Source: Catajapyx aquilonaris
Lineage: Eukaryota
DNA length: 34,104 nt
Assembly: GCA_000934665.2 (NCBI GenBank)
Contig: JYFJ02004180.1
Location: 1 to 34,104 of the forward strand
Reading direction: 5' to 3'
Below are positions 1 to 10,217 of the stretch, one piece after another. Under the pieces are notes generated by a model that made no database searches, was not told the DNA's origin, and saw nothing but the letters and a program-made list of their open reading frames with translations. The position numbers and the translations under genes are program-made. Numbering within the stretch: the first letter of the stretch is position 1; every line of letters begins with the position of its first letter.

Positions 1-614
1 GTCTTGTGCAAATCCAACCTCTACGGCAAGACTAAGATTACAATGTACGCAAACTGCATCTTTAGACGCATCCCTCGGCAATCCCCCACCAAAAAAAAAA
101 TATGTACAAAAAAACATGTACAAAAACAACTGTGAAAAAAAAAATATGACTAGTTATTACAATAGGGTCAGGTAAATTATATATATATAAAAAGAAATGA
201 TTACCTGAGTCACATGAAATAAGAGTCTACTCGGTGGGTCACTTTCACTCGTGCGAATGTAACGGGAAAAAATTGAACACACTTTTATATTGAAAAAAGT
301 CCATCGGGGGGGGCAGTGGGGGAATGAGTATGTTTTAATCGCGACCTTACAGGTCAGCTAGACTTGAATATTGGAATGTCAGTGACTAGTGGGGGTCGAT
401 CTTTGGGCCTCTCTCATTTTTTAAAAAATTGGCGACAACTGGTCAATCATTTGCTCGGTACGTTAGTCATACGCAAACGACTTTTTCTAAATTGCAATCA
501 GCCCAGTCGCCAAGTCGGGTACATTGAAATCATCAGGCCCGATTCATGTTTGCACCCAGGGCGTTTCTCGCTGTTCGGAATCTACCATCCAGCCCTGGGT
601 GCCCCCGACTCACC

Positions 615-1095
615 TCACAAGTAGACCTTCTTGACGCTGCGGGTTGTGCTGTAGCCGTCTCCCAAGTTGCGCTGCCTCCCTCCGCCATACCCGCCGTCCC
701 CTCCAGGCCCCCCTTGCAGCAGGTGGTGGTGGGGATGCCCGTGGTGGTGGTGGTGGTGACGCAGGCTCCCGAAGGTCGGCCCCCCTACCAGCATTGGATC
801 TGTGACGTTCGGGGGGTTGGGCGGGAGTGCGGATGGGCGGTGGGGCGGAGGAGCGTAGGGCGGCTCCCCTCCGAACTGGAACATGTTCTCGGTGAGGTGG
901 CTGGGTGGCGGAGGAGGTGCGGATGGGGCGGAGGACATTCCGGTGCCGCTCCGGGAGAGGGTTCCCTTAGGCGAGGAGGTGCCGCCACCCAGGCCCAATC
1001 CCAGGCTCTTGCTCGAGGTGGTGCTGGGTATGAACACGGGCTCTGCATACGTCGCTTCCTCTTGCAACAGAAGCTTCGGCTCCGGAGCTGTCATC
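615..1095 (-). CDS. Sema1a: Sema-1a last exon (cytoplasmic tail)
   Basis: APEPKLL..EEATYAEPV, Pro-rich and His-rich segments, STTRSVKKVYL, TGA at 617-615. Confidence 0.92.
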
Positions 1096-4000
1096 CTGAA
1101 ACCGCAATCGTTAGGACATGCGCTGTAAAAACACCGCTAATGTACCGACCTGTGCACTGGCTGTTGCTCGAAATATTCATACTCGGTGTCACGGTATGGC
1201 AGGTTGTCCTCTTCCTCCTTCCTGCACTTCTTCCCGCAGAGATATCCCGCCAGGAATCCAACAACCAGTGCGGCCAACGACCCCGCTGCGATCGCAATTG
1301 CCAGAGTCTCAACCGTGTACATTGGTATTGCATCTCCGGCGGCGCTCATGCTCGGTCCAGATGAATGGAATTCTGCAATTACATTATTAGTAATTGTCCG
1401 CACACAGTTAACGGCGGCGTACCATCTTCCGGCTCCTTTTCTTCCCCCACGATGTTGACAATCTCGCCCACATTTCGGCTGAGGGTCGTCAGGGTGTGGT
1501 TGAAGCTCGAGTGTTGCGCACTGCTCGTCCCAACCAGTCGACTCGACTCCTTCCGCACCATTGACTTAGCTGCCGTCTTGCCAACTGCGAATAAGTCGCA
1601 CTGTAATATTTTGCAACAAGGCCAACCTGTAACGGAACGAACCATCTGGACACTGGTTGTGCTGTCCTGTCCTGACGCTCTGGATGAATCCGCTACCAGC
1701 ACTCCACCGAGGGGAACCGACTGTACGGCACTTCTGGTGCACTTTGTCCCATGCGCAGTACGGATCTTGTAGAGCCACACAGTCGCTGCAATAACAAGTG
1801 TTAACATCCCCATCGCCTCTTCAACAAACGAAATTACCTGCAGCTGGTGATCTTGTCCGAGTAGCACCGTTGCAGTTTGAGGGCCAGTACCTCATGATCC
1901 GAGACCACGACCAGCTTCGCGTCCTCCACGCTTTCTGAGCTGCGTATGACCTGCAGGTTACGCACCGGAATGTGAGTCGGGAAAACCTGGATCTCCTCTA
2001 TGACCACTGGATCGACCTCTTTGCTCATGTCGGCCGATATGGCGTTGACAGCTTTGAACACTTTCCCGTTGTCTGCGGAAAAATTGGTATTAAGCACGTG
2101 CGGGGAATCCGCACGAGAAGTACATACCGGTTCCGATAAAAAGGACATCGTATGCCTTTCCATCAGGCGTTTTCACTTGCGGATCAACTGCGATTTTGGT
2201 GAATCGGTAGCTGCGGGCGACAATTTGTTAGCTTCCATTGCAATTGCGTATGATGTGACGTGCCATACTTACTGTAGACTGGTCCGCACAACAATGGGTG
2301 CCCCGAAAAACGGGGGCACGGCCTCATCCATCATTGAATGGGCCTTAATAAAGTTGAGGGTCATGTCTGGGAGTGTGTGGGAGTCGTTCACACACAATCC
2401 CGGCCTCGGTTCTGGCACCTTGGCCGACTTCACGGGCAGCCAGTTTGCATTGAAGAACCCTTGCTCCTTGAAGGCACCCTCGAACGTGTCCGAAATGTCT
2501 TGCAGGCGGAATGCGCATACGGCCGATCCGCTGATGCTGTGAACAGGGGTCGTGAAGACAGCGTACAGTAGCTGTGCCCGTGTGCCGCCGTACACTCCTT
2601 CCACCAGATCGGTAGTGGCTTGAACCTCGTTGAAGTAGAACGGAAAGTCTCCAGGGACAGAGCAGTTCAGCCGGGACTTGAGGAACGACGTCCAGCGATC
2701 CCGGAAGTTGTGCGGGTTGCCCTGGTCATTCTTGCAGACACGGGCAACACGGGAGTACACAGACTGAGAAAAGGAAGAGCACAATATAATCGCGCACTAG
2801 ATGTCTAGCAAATGAAACTAACCTTTCCGCAGTTCATGTACTCCACGGCCGTCTCCCTGAAGAAGAAGTAGACGAAATCACCTCGGGCAATCGCATTGAC
2901 GAAATGAGGCGCATTGAGGTTCATCGAGTCGTACTGCTCGGTACGCAACGGCTCCCTGTAGATGAGTGCGTCCGACCCTGAGAAATCCGCCACCGTCCCA
3001 GTGTAGAGCTCCCCATCAACGAAGATGGACGTCGAGTTGTGATCCGGGTCGAAAGGGCAGATCCCCTGACCTCCACGTTCGGTGTTCACAGTGTACGCCC
3101 CATTCTGAAGCGAATACTCCTTGCATATTGGCTTGTACGCATTGGTACCACACAGAAGCCAGTTCGTAGGGCTGCTGGTGCGCACCAGCACCCGGATGAA
3201 GTTCTGGCACCGTTCCTGTAATTGCAGGTGGTTACAGTGAATGAATCGCACAAGTTTATGCACCACATTTGGCTTCATGGAGCCAAGCCCAAACAGGCAC
3301 GGCCGCATGATTTTGACTCATCTGTTTATAGCTCCCATTTTTTGCCAACAAGGTATTACGAGTCATGAAAAAGCTCATTCCCCACTTTTTATTCCCTCGC
3401 AAACATTACATCGATCAATTTCAGTGACCACCGGATTCTTTGATTCGGCTCTTCCAAGCAATTTTCGTGTCCGACTGATATCGTTGTTTACTGCAGGTTT
3501 CCGCAATGAAGAGTACTCCAGCCCATCCTTTTTTATTCTGCTAAGACTCTCGGTCCAAACCACAAAGCGACGTATCATGCAATCAGCGGTGCTCAGCTAC
3601 TTTTTTCAGTCCGCCCCGCCTTAGCGTAACAAAAACAAAGCAGAAAGAAAGAGTGTTCTCCAAATAGCATGCCAACAACCTCGTTGGCATTTTACCATAC
3701 TGTGAGGCTGTCAGTATGTGTCAATATATAACGAGTAGTACGACATGCGCTTGATAGAAATGCAACTGTTTACAAAGCAAAAAAGCACTAAGTTCGCTCA
3801 AAAAAATGAACCTCGACGACCTTCATATGTTCAACGACTATGCTGCGATGGAATCAATATTGAATCTGAGACCGGTAACGTTTGCACAAGATATTTTCCC
3901 CCCTCCCACTGCCATGCGAATGCAACAATATTGCAATTTTTAATTAGCATATTTTTCCCCCCCTGCCTCGCAATGTTTGCTCAGATAACAATGAATTGCC

Positions 4001-6068
4001 TCTTGTTTTGTTTACTGCTAATCCGCTGGGTTGGAACCACTACGGAAAAAAAAAGTAGGCCAGTAATGAACTTTTTTGGGATGTTCCGGCTAATTAACAG
4101 GATGCGGAATAACGAGCACATTTTTTTTTGGAAAATTCTCGGTGCACTACTGACCTCGTCTTTTCCTTTCATCAAGCACATCTTGATGTCCTTTTCCGAC
4201 GAATGCCATTCCAATCTCTGCAAACGGTTAAATGGTATAGCCAACATAATTTTTAACCCCCATTGCGATTGCAAGTACGTTACCTTATTCTCGGTGAGAT
4301 CCGTCAAGCTGAGGTTGTAGACAACGTTTCTGAAACGACATTGAATGCGGTTAAGCTGCACAGATGTCAAGGGCCATTCACAGAAAGGGGGGCTACTTAA
4401 TGGATCAGTTACATTGCATCGGATACAAAAAAAAAAGGCAAGTGGCAGGCATCCAGGAAGCTCCATTAAAGACGGCGAGGGAAAAAAGTGTTCCTGCTTA
4501 TGTAGCAGTGATTTAGACGGGTCAAGGAGAGATTCGCAGGCAAAAATTTTTCAAGTGATAAAAGGCAATATTTGCATGGAACAGAGCGGAACTGGCTTTT
4601 TTTTATTTTGGAGCATGGCCTTACAGTATGTCAGTTCATGCCTTTGTTTGTTTTATCCGGTTTTAGCACACTGTAATGCATAATTATCCAGTTGGTGAAA
4701 AGATAAACAGGGTGCAGCCGCCTATTTTTTTTTAACTCTCTCTCCTTTTTGCAGGTCTCGCATTAGAGAAAATGCCAATTAGTGCGTGGCTTCGGTGCAA
4801 ATATTTGCTGCACTTTTTTTCGGTGCATCGGCGTTACACATGCGGGATATGTACCTGGCTCCAAGCAGAAGATGGTTTCCGTTCTGCACGATGAGACTGA
4901 AGTAGTCCGGGTAGCTCTCGTTACCCAAGAAACGCAGGACGTCTGCTCCTGTATGTGCGAAAGAAAGTGTCGTACAGCAGGTTCCAAAAACATGATCCGC
5001 TCCAACCAATGCAATTTGCAACACCCCCTTTCCAGGTAACGCTGAAAATAATTCAGCCTGACAAGTCCCCCTACCTGGGAAAATCCTTTGCGCCACCTCT
5101 GGCTAGAGTGCAATCTCTCAAAAGCCGGATCAATGAAACTACTAAAAAAAAAAAGGTACCCGTACAGCTGAGATGCAAACAACTCCCCAAGTCTCCTGAG
5201 GGCCAACCGCAAGGAAAGTGGCCGAGGAGAGGAAATTTAGCTTCAATCAACCTGTACGACAGGTACGGAGAAACAATATTGCTCCAGACAGCGCCGGATC
5301 AATTTACAGCGGCATTTGAAGGTTATATCTCAACCGCAATGACGGTACGACCACTACTAATTACACATGACAGTTACTTTGTGTACGATCAAGCTTTGGT
5401 GATGTTGTCGTCGTCGTTAAAAATAATTTTACAGTCACATGAACACATTACGTGAAATATGACCGTTAATTATCATTGCCGTTGTCACCTTCTGCACTAA
5501 ATGCGACAAAAACATGACTTTCAATCGCTCGTGCCATTCAAGTACAGCTAGTTGGAACTGAGATAACGCAATCAAAGTAATGATAACAACCAGCAGCGTA
5601 CGTTGACATCCGTGAATGAAAGTGTGTGTAAAACTCGCAGCCATTTCCTCCGAGTCACACAGATAATTCAACCCTGAAATTAACATGTCGAGAACGTAGA
5701 ACTGGCTAGGAGTGACTCTGTCCATACTGATCACCTAGGTGCATGTACACCGTAACGTGCAAAACGGTAAAGGAGCATCAATTTTTAATGCTCTTGTGAC
5801 GCTTAAAAGCATTGGGAAACTCACTAGTGATCACCTAGGTGCATGTATACACATTGATGCGCCATCTGGTAGTGGCATATCGTACTACTGTTCAAGAGAG
5901 GGCCGGGCAGTGTTGCCGAATTTTGATCCTGTTTTTTGTTGGGTGGGTGTGATACTTACCAAGCTGGACGTACATCTTGGGCCTGACGTTCTCCTGCCAG
6001 ACCCCGTTGAACCCTCCAGTCTGGACGGCCATCCAGGCCAGAAGGAGGACCACTGACCACGCACGCAT
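615..6068 (-). CDS. Sema1a: Semaphorin-1a, transmembrane class-1 semaphorin (whole gene, 12 coding exons, ~840 aa)
   Basis: Exons 5960-6068, 4855-4948, 4284-4329, 4155-4217, 2823-3215, 2273-2763, 2128-2210, 1838-2072, 1643-1785, 1423-1584, 1150-1372 and 615-1095 join through phase-compatible GT..AG introns to 2523 nt. Signal peptide MRAWSVVLLLAWMAV, WQENVRPKMYVQL, Sema motifs (CGTNAYKP, CPFDP, FFFRETAVEY, SRVARVCKND, FLKSRLNCS), PSI (CVALQDPYCAWD), TM helix, DTEYEYFEQ and C-terminal TRSVKKVYL. Confidence 0.95.
1150..1372 (-). CDS. Sema1a: Sema-1a exon 11 (transmembrane helix)
   Basis: YTVETLAIAIAAGSLAALVVGFLAGYLCGKKCRK...DTEYEYFEQ. Confidence 0.92.
1423..1584 (-). CDS. Sema1a: Sema-1a exon 10 (juxtamembrane stalk)
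   Basis: Phase-1/phase-1 exon GKTAAKS...GEIVNIVGEEKEPED; poorly conserved but needed to link exons 9 and 11. Confidence 0.78.
1643..1785 (-). CDS. Sema1a: Sema-1a exon 9 (PSI domain)
   Basis: DCVALQDPYCAWDKVHQKC...CPD. Confidence 0.9.
1838..2072 (-). CDS. Sema1a: Sema-1a exon 8
   Basis: DNGKVFKAVN...VVIEEIQVFP...LQRCYSDKITSC; donor AG|gtaatt. Confidence 0.92.
2128..2210 (-). CDS. Sema1a: Sema-1a exon 7
   Basis: YRFTKIAVDPQVKTPDGKAYDVLFIGT; gcag|C...G|gtatgt. Confidence 0.9.
2273..2763 (-). CDS. Sema1a: Sema-1a exon 6 (Sema domain)
   Basis: SVYSRVARVCKND...WTSFLKSRLNCSVPGDFPFYFNE...VPEPRPGLCV; donor CA|gtaagt. Confidence 0.94.
2823..3215 (-). CDS. Sema1a: Sema-1a exon 5 (Sema domain)
   Basis: ERCQNFIRVL...CGTNAYKPIC...CPFDPDHNST...FFFRETAVEYMNCGK; canonical junctions. 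Confidence 0.93.
4155..4217 (-). CDS. Sema1a: Sema-1a exon 4
   Basis: gcag|AGA...GAG|gtcagt; RLEWHSSEKDIKMCLMKGKDE. Confidence 0.88.
4284..4329 (-). CDS. Sema1a: Sema-1a exon 3
   Basis: ttcag|A...AAG|gtaacg; NVVYNLSLTDLTENK. Confidence 0.88.
4855..4948 (-). CDS. Sema1a: Sema-1a exon 2
   Basis: acag|GA...AG|gtacat; ADVLRFLGNESYPDYFSLIVQNGNHLLLGAR. Confidence 0.9.
5960..6068 (-). CDS. Sema1a: Sema-1a coding exon 1 (signal peptide)
   Basis: ATG at 6068-6066 with an in-frame TGA two codons upstream; MRAWSVVLLLAWMAVQTGGFNGVWQENVRPKMYVQL; donor G|gtaagt. Confidence 0.85.
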
Positions 6069-6449
6069 CCTTCAGTCGCACACTGGACACCCACTGGTCC
6101 TCCTCCACTAGATCAGACCGGACACATCTGTCGGGAAGTGGGCGAAGGGCCGGCCCCGGGGCAGAGAGAGAGATTTGGAACACAAATGGTCTGCGTATAT
6201 CCTTCAGCCCCTCTCTCTCTCCGATGGAACACACAGCAGCAGAGGTGGTGAGGAGGGCGGGAGGGAGGGACGGTCGATATTCCTGCTGCTGCGGGGTTGC
6301 CGTTCGCTGTTGGGGGGGGGAGAGCAGTCAACTCTTCTTCCTTCGGGATACGAGGAAGGGGAAGGGACCATCTGGAGGTTGCCGGGCATGCGCTGGGGCC
6401 ACGCCAGATTGATCACCCAATCACCCTCGAATTCACCAGTAGTTGGACA

Positions 6450-6585
6450 CATAATGGCGGCACATTGGATTGGATGCAAAATGGCGGGCGGATTTGACAA
6501 ATCAATCACAGTTAGCGCATGCGTGCAAACCGTGTTGGTCAACCGCATGCGCATGACATGGTGGGTGGACACAATATGGCGGAGA
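6450..6585. promoter_or_regulatory. Putative promoter motif cluster (CCAAT x2, YY1/PHO-like x3, NRF1/EWG-like x2)
   Basis: ATTGG at 6464 and 6469; ATGGCGG at 6454, 6481 and 6576; GCGCATGCGT at 6515 and CCGCATGCGCA at 6543; ~400-500 bp upstream of the Sema-1a ATG. Confidence 0.5.
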
Positions 6586-6685
6586 AATCAGTGAAAGGGG
6601 GAAGGCCGCGGCTTATTCCGGGGCCGTGTGGTCTCTGGCTACCTCAAGGTCACCTAGTTGCTTGCCCTTGGCTACTTTCCTGGGC

Positions 6686-7627
6686 GTGTATATCTTCTGA
6701 ATGATTCAATGATATGAGTGTATCCGCTGAAGGGATGGCGTGTATTCTCTGAATGATATGAGTGCATCCGCTGAAGGGATGGCGTGTATCCTCTGAATGA
6801 TATGAGTGCATCCGCTGAAGAATATGCGTGTATACGCTGAAGAATATGCGTGTATACGCTGAATGATATGCGTGTATACTCTGGATGATATTAGTGTATC
6901 CGCTGAAGAATATGCGTGTATACGCTGAAGAATATGCGTGTATACGCTGAATGATATGGGTGTATACTCTGGATGATATTAGTGTATCCGCTGAAGAATA
7001 TGCGTGTATACGCTGAATGATATGCGTGTATACTCTGGATGATATGAGTGCACCCGCTGAAGGGTTGGCGTGTATCCTCTGAATGATATTAGTGTATCCG
7101 CTGAAGAATATGCGTGTATACGCTGAATGATATGCGTGTATACTCTGGATGATATGAGTGCACCCGCTGAAGGGTTGGCGTGTATCCTCTGAATGATATG
7201 AGTGCATCCGCTGAAGAATATGCGTGTATACGCTGAATGATATGGATGTATACTCTGGATGATATGAGTGTATCCGCTGAATGATGTGCGTGTATACGCT
7301 GAATGATATGGGTGTATACTCTGGATGATATGAGTGCATCCGCTGAAGAATATACGTGTATCCGCTGAATGATGTGGGTGTACGGTATACTCTGGATATG
7401 AGTGCATCCGCTGAAGAATATACGTGTATCCGCTGAAGGATGGGTGTGTGTATTGGCTGGATGATAGTGTACCCGCTGAAGGGTTGGCATGCATCCTCTG
7501 AATGATAGGGGTGTACCCGCTGAAGAATACGATGTATCCGCTGAAGAATACACTGTATCCGCTGAAGGATATGGTAAATACGCTGTATGATAGGCGTGTA
7601 TCCGCTGAAGGATAAGCGTGTATCCGC
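6686..7627. repeat. 22-bp minisatellite (~43 copies) with higher-order 44/88/110-bp repeats
   Basis: Typical unit GTGTATCCGCTGAAGAATATGC with variants; near-identical 110-bp pentamers at 6981 and 7091; 88-bp tetramers at 6805 and 6893. Confidence 0.95.
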
Positions 7628-8934
7628 AAGGAAGGAAGGTTAATTAGGCGTCTAGTTTAGGTTGGTACAGCGTACACGCGTATATACGAAGGTGAGGGAC
7701 TCCTCCATTCGCGGCCCTTCTCGCGCATCAAAACCGGATCGTGAACAAGATCAAATCAGTGAGCATGCGTGTTAGCCAGTTGCCCTAACGCATGCTAAAA
7801 TGACACGACTGGGACGTTGTAAACTGATGAAAGCAATATTTAGTTAATTAAACTTAAAATTAATGCCGGGATGTGAAGCCAATCGTATCAGCCGCTCCCA
7901 GCCACGAATGCCTGCAGTGGCGCTTACCTAGCGGGCAAATTATTAAGCACTTGGTCGCCACCTAGCTGTTTCAGGATAACAGCTATCCAGCGTACGTAGC
8001 TAATGCTGGTCGTAGCTGATGTTCACCCGGTAGCTAATTCGACAGCTGCTATGTTCGTGTAGCGGCTAGCCGCGGGCAGCTGCTGTGCGATTTCCTTTAC
8101 GGCGGCGCGAATATAAATCAAGTGGGTAGCGGGCGGTGACGTGAGGCGATGTCATATCTCCCACCAAAATGGGAGCCGCAATATTTCCGAGTGGCAAATT
8201 GTGATCCTCCCAACGCGAACTAAAAAGCAGGGTAGACCAGGAGGGCATGACATGGGCGGAGGTGCAGCGCGTGGCACCTCCTTTGAACCGATCCGACCCT
8301 TGCATCGGCTCAGTTGCAGGTCGCAAGCGAGAGGAGCGCTCAAGCACCGGGCCCACGACCGGCCTAGCAACGGGAGGGCATCTTTTGGACCCGGGTCGTG
8401 TGAGGGTCGCAGGTTGACCAGGAGGTTCCGGGTGGCACCTCCTGGGCATGGGTGCCCCCCGAGCAGACGCGGCGTTCGGGAAGCGGCACCACCGGCAGGA
8501 CACATGTTGCAAATAAGGGGGCGGGGCCAGCAGCAGGCACGTTGGCCCGGCTGGGTGCCACCAGGGTGCCATCAACCAGAGGAGGTCATGCCCCGTTGAC
8601 CTCCACCGAACTTCCGATGCCCGGGCCCGGAACAGAACAAAATCGACGACGCGCAATCGACGACAGTCACTCTCTCTCTCCCTTTTCTCTCCCCGCCCCG
8701 GTTTTTATTTACCGGATTGCTCGCGGCGGGTTAATAATAAATCGAACTTCCCGCAACCTCCTGGCATGCCTTGTCCCCCGGGTCGAAGATTCCTTCTGCG
8801 CGTCCCACCATGCCAATGATCGGTCACATTGGAGGCCGTCAGCCGCATTCTTGGGCCTGTAGTACGGGGGATGAGGTTGCCGGCAACCTGATCGACCCTA
8901 GCAAACTTGCTAGGGAGAGGACGGATACGGCAGC

Positions 8935-9332
8935 AGGATGCCAACAGGAAAAATTCATCCGTCCAAGATGCCAACACATAATTCGCCTCCCACAAAACGT
9001 GAGGAAATAAAGATCGGTTTCTGATTGGCCTGTTGGCACCTTGCTTCCAGGTGGTTCTTGATACAGTACCAAGATGCCAACAGAAAATGTTCGCCGTTCC
9101 ACAAACGGGGGAAAAGGTCGGGTTCTGATTGCCCTGTTGGCACCTTTGCTTCCAGGTGGCTCTTGATACAGTACCAAGATGCCAACAGAAAATGTTCGCC
9201 GTTCCACAAACGGGGGAAAAGGTCGGGTGATTGCCCTGTTGGCATCTTGCTTCCAGGTGGCTCTTGATACAGTACCAAGATGCCAACAGAAAATGTTCGC
9301 CGTTCCACAAACGGGGGAAAAGGTCGGGTTCT
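8935..9332. repeat. ~101-105-bp tandem repeat (about 3 copies plus degenerate partials)
   Basis: GATGCCAACAGAAAATGTTCGCCGTTCCACAAACGGGGGAAAAGGTCGGG starts at 9073, 9178 and 9279; degenerate GATGCCAAC at ~8938 and ~8967. Confidence 0.92.
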
Positions 9333-9690
9333 GATTGCCCTGTTGACATCTTTGCTTCCAGGTGACCAGGTGACCAGGTGAAGGACCTCTATATTTACGA
9401 CAGCAATAATAAGATGCATACATACCTTGATACATACATACATACATATGTATGCATCTTATTATTGCTGTCGTAAATATAGAGGTCCTTCACCTGGTCA
9501 CCTGGTCACCTGGAAGCAAAGATGCCAACAGGGCAATCCTGGCAGAATCCTGGTCACCTGGAAGCAAAGATGCCAACAGGGCAATCCTGGTCACCTGGAA
9601 GCAAAGATGCCCTGTTGGCATCTTTGCTTCCAGGTGACCAGGTGACCAGGTGAAGGACCTCTATATTTACGACAGCAATAATAAGATGCA
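9333..9690. repeat. Long inverted repeat / direct-inverted-direct triplication
   Basis: 92-bp arms 9333-9424 and 9447-9538 (one mismatch, 22-bp spacer); third, forward copy 9609-9690; 26-bp perfect stem with 5-nt loop at 9586-9642. Confidence 0.93.
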
Positions 9691-10217
9691 AACCGGGAAA
9701 ATTCGGCGTCCAATCAGGGTCCAATCAACAATCAGGGAAATAACACAAAGCGGCGCATGTATAATTCGATAGGTGCCCTTGCTTTCAATCTTGATAGTTA
9801 GCCTCATTAGCTGATGATTAATTAATTTTTTGTATTGTCGAATAATGATATAGCACAATCCGGCAACATCGGCAACGTCACATTTCGGTTGGCACCACCC
9901 GCAACCAAACATTCACTTCAATAATAATATTTAATTTTAAAAAAGAATACCAGTTCCTGTAATGGCTAATTAATTTAGTATCTCCGTTTAATTACATTTT
10001 AGTAAATTATCTTTCCCCCCCCCCCTAGTTTCCATTGGCGCCCCTGCTTTTTCTCGACGCTTACACTTTATTTCTTGTCAGTTCGATTCCTCGTTCGATT
10101 TCGACGGACTGTACCGTCCTTTTTTGTCCCCCTCTACAATACGTACCTACCCCCAGCCGTACCCTTACAAAGATGTCTATCGTGGCGGCCCAATCGTGCC
10201 CCCAATCAGAAGAGGAC

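Noticed and set aside
546..1364. 272-aa plus-strand ORF and other ORFs antisense to Sema-1a, MBD2/3, the cuticle gene and MEX3
   Set aside because: Shadow ORFs of GC-rich coding exons; no independent motifs.
3669..3690. 8-bp hairpin ATGCCAAC/GTTGGCAT sharing a motif with the 9-kb repeat
   Set aside because: Too short to exceed chance in a 34 kb window.
4218..4283. In-frame, stop-free 66-bp Sema-1a intron that could be coding
   Set aside because: Good GT..AG signals, and the spliced form (LTENK|RLEW) fits the Sema domain; retention would insert 22 aa into the propeller.
6686..7627. CRISPR-like appearance of short regular repeats
   Set aside because: Monomers are contiguous with no unique spacers, there are no cas genes, and the context is eukaryotic. 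The same applies to the ~103, ~123 and ~147-bp arrays.
6650..7629. Long minus-strand ORFs (229, 216 and 154 aa) of YTHIIQRIH-type repeats
   Set aside because: By-products of a 22-bp unit (not a multiple of 3) that rarely has stops on that strand; all three frames give the same pattern.
7972..7986. GGATAACAGC, reminiscent of a large-subunit rRNA motif
   Set aside because: Only ~10 bp match and the flanks show no rRNA similarity, so there is no support for a NUMT or rRNA fragment.
8705..9645. ORFs across the ~103-bp repeat and palindrome
   Set aside because: Translations simply mirror the repeat on both strands; no domain was recognised.
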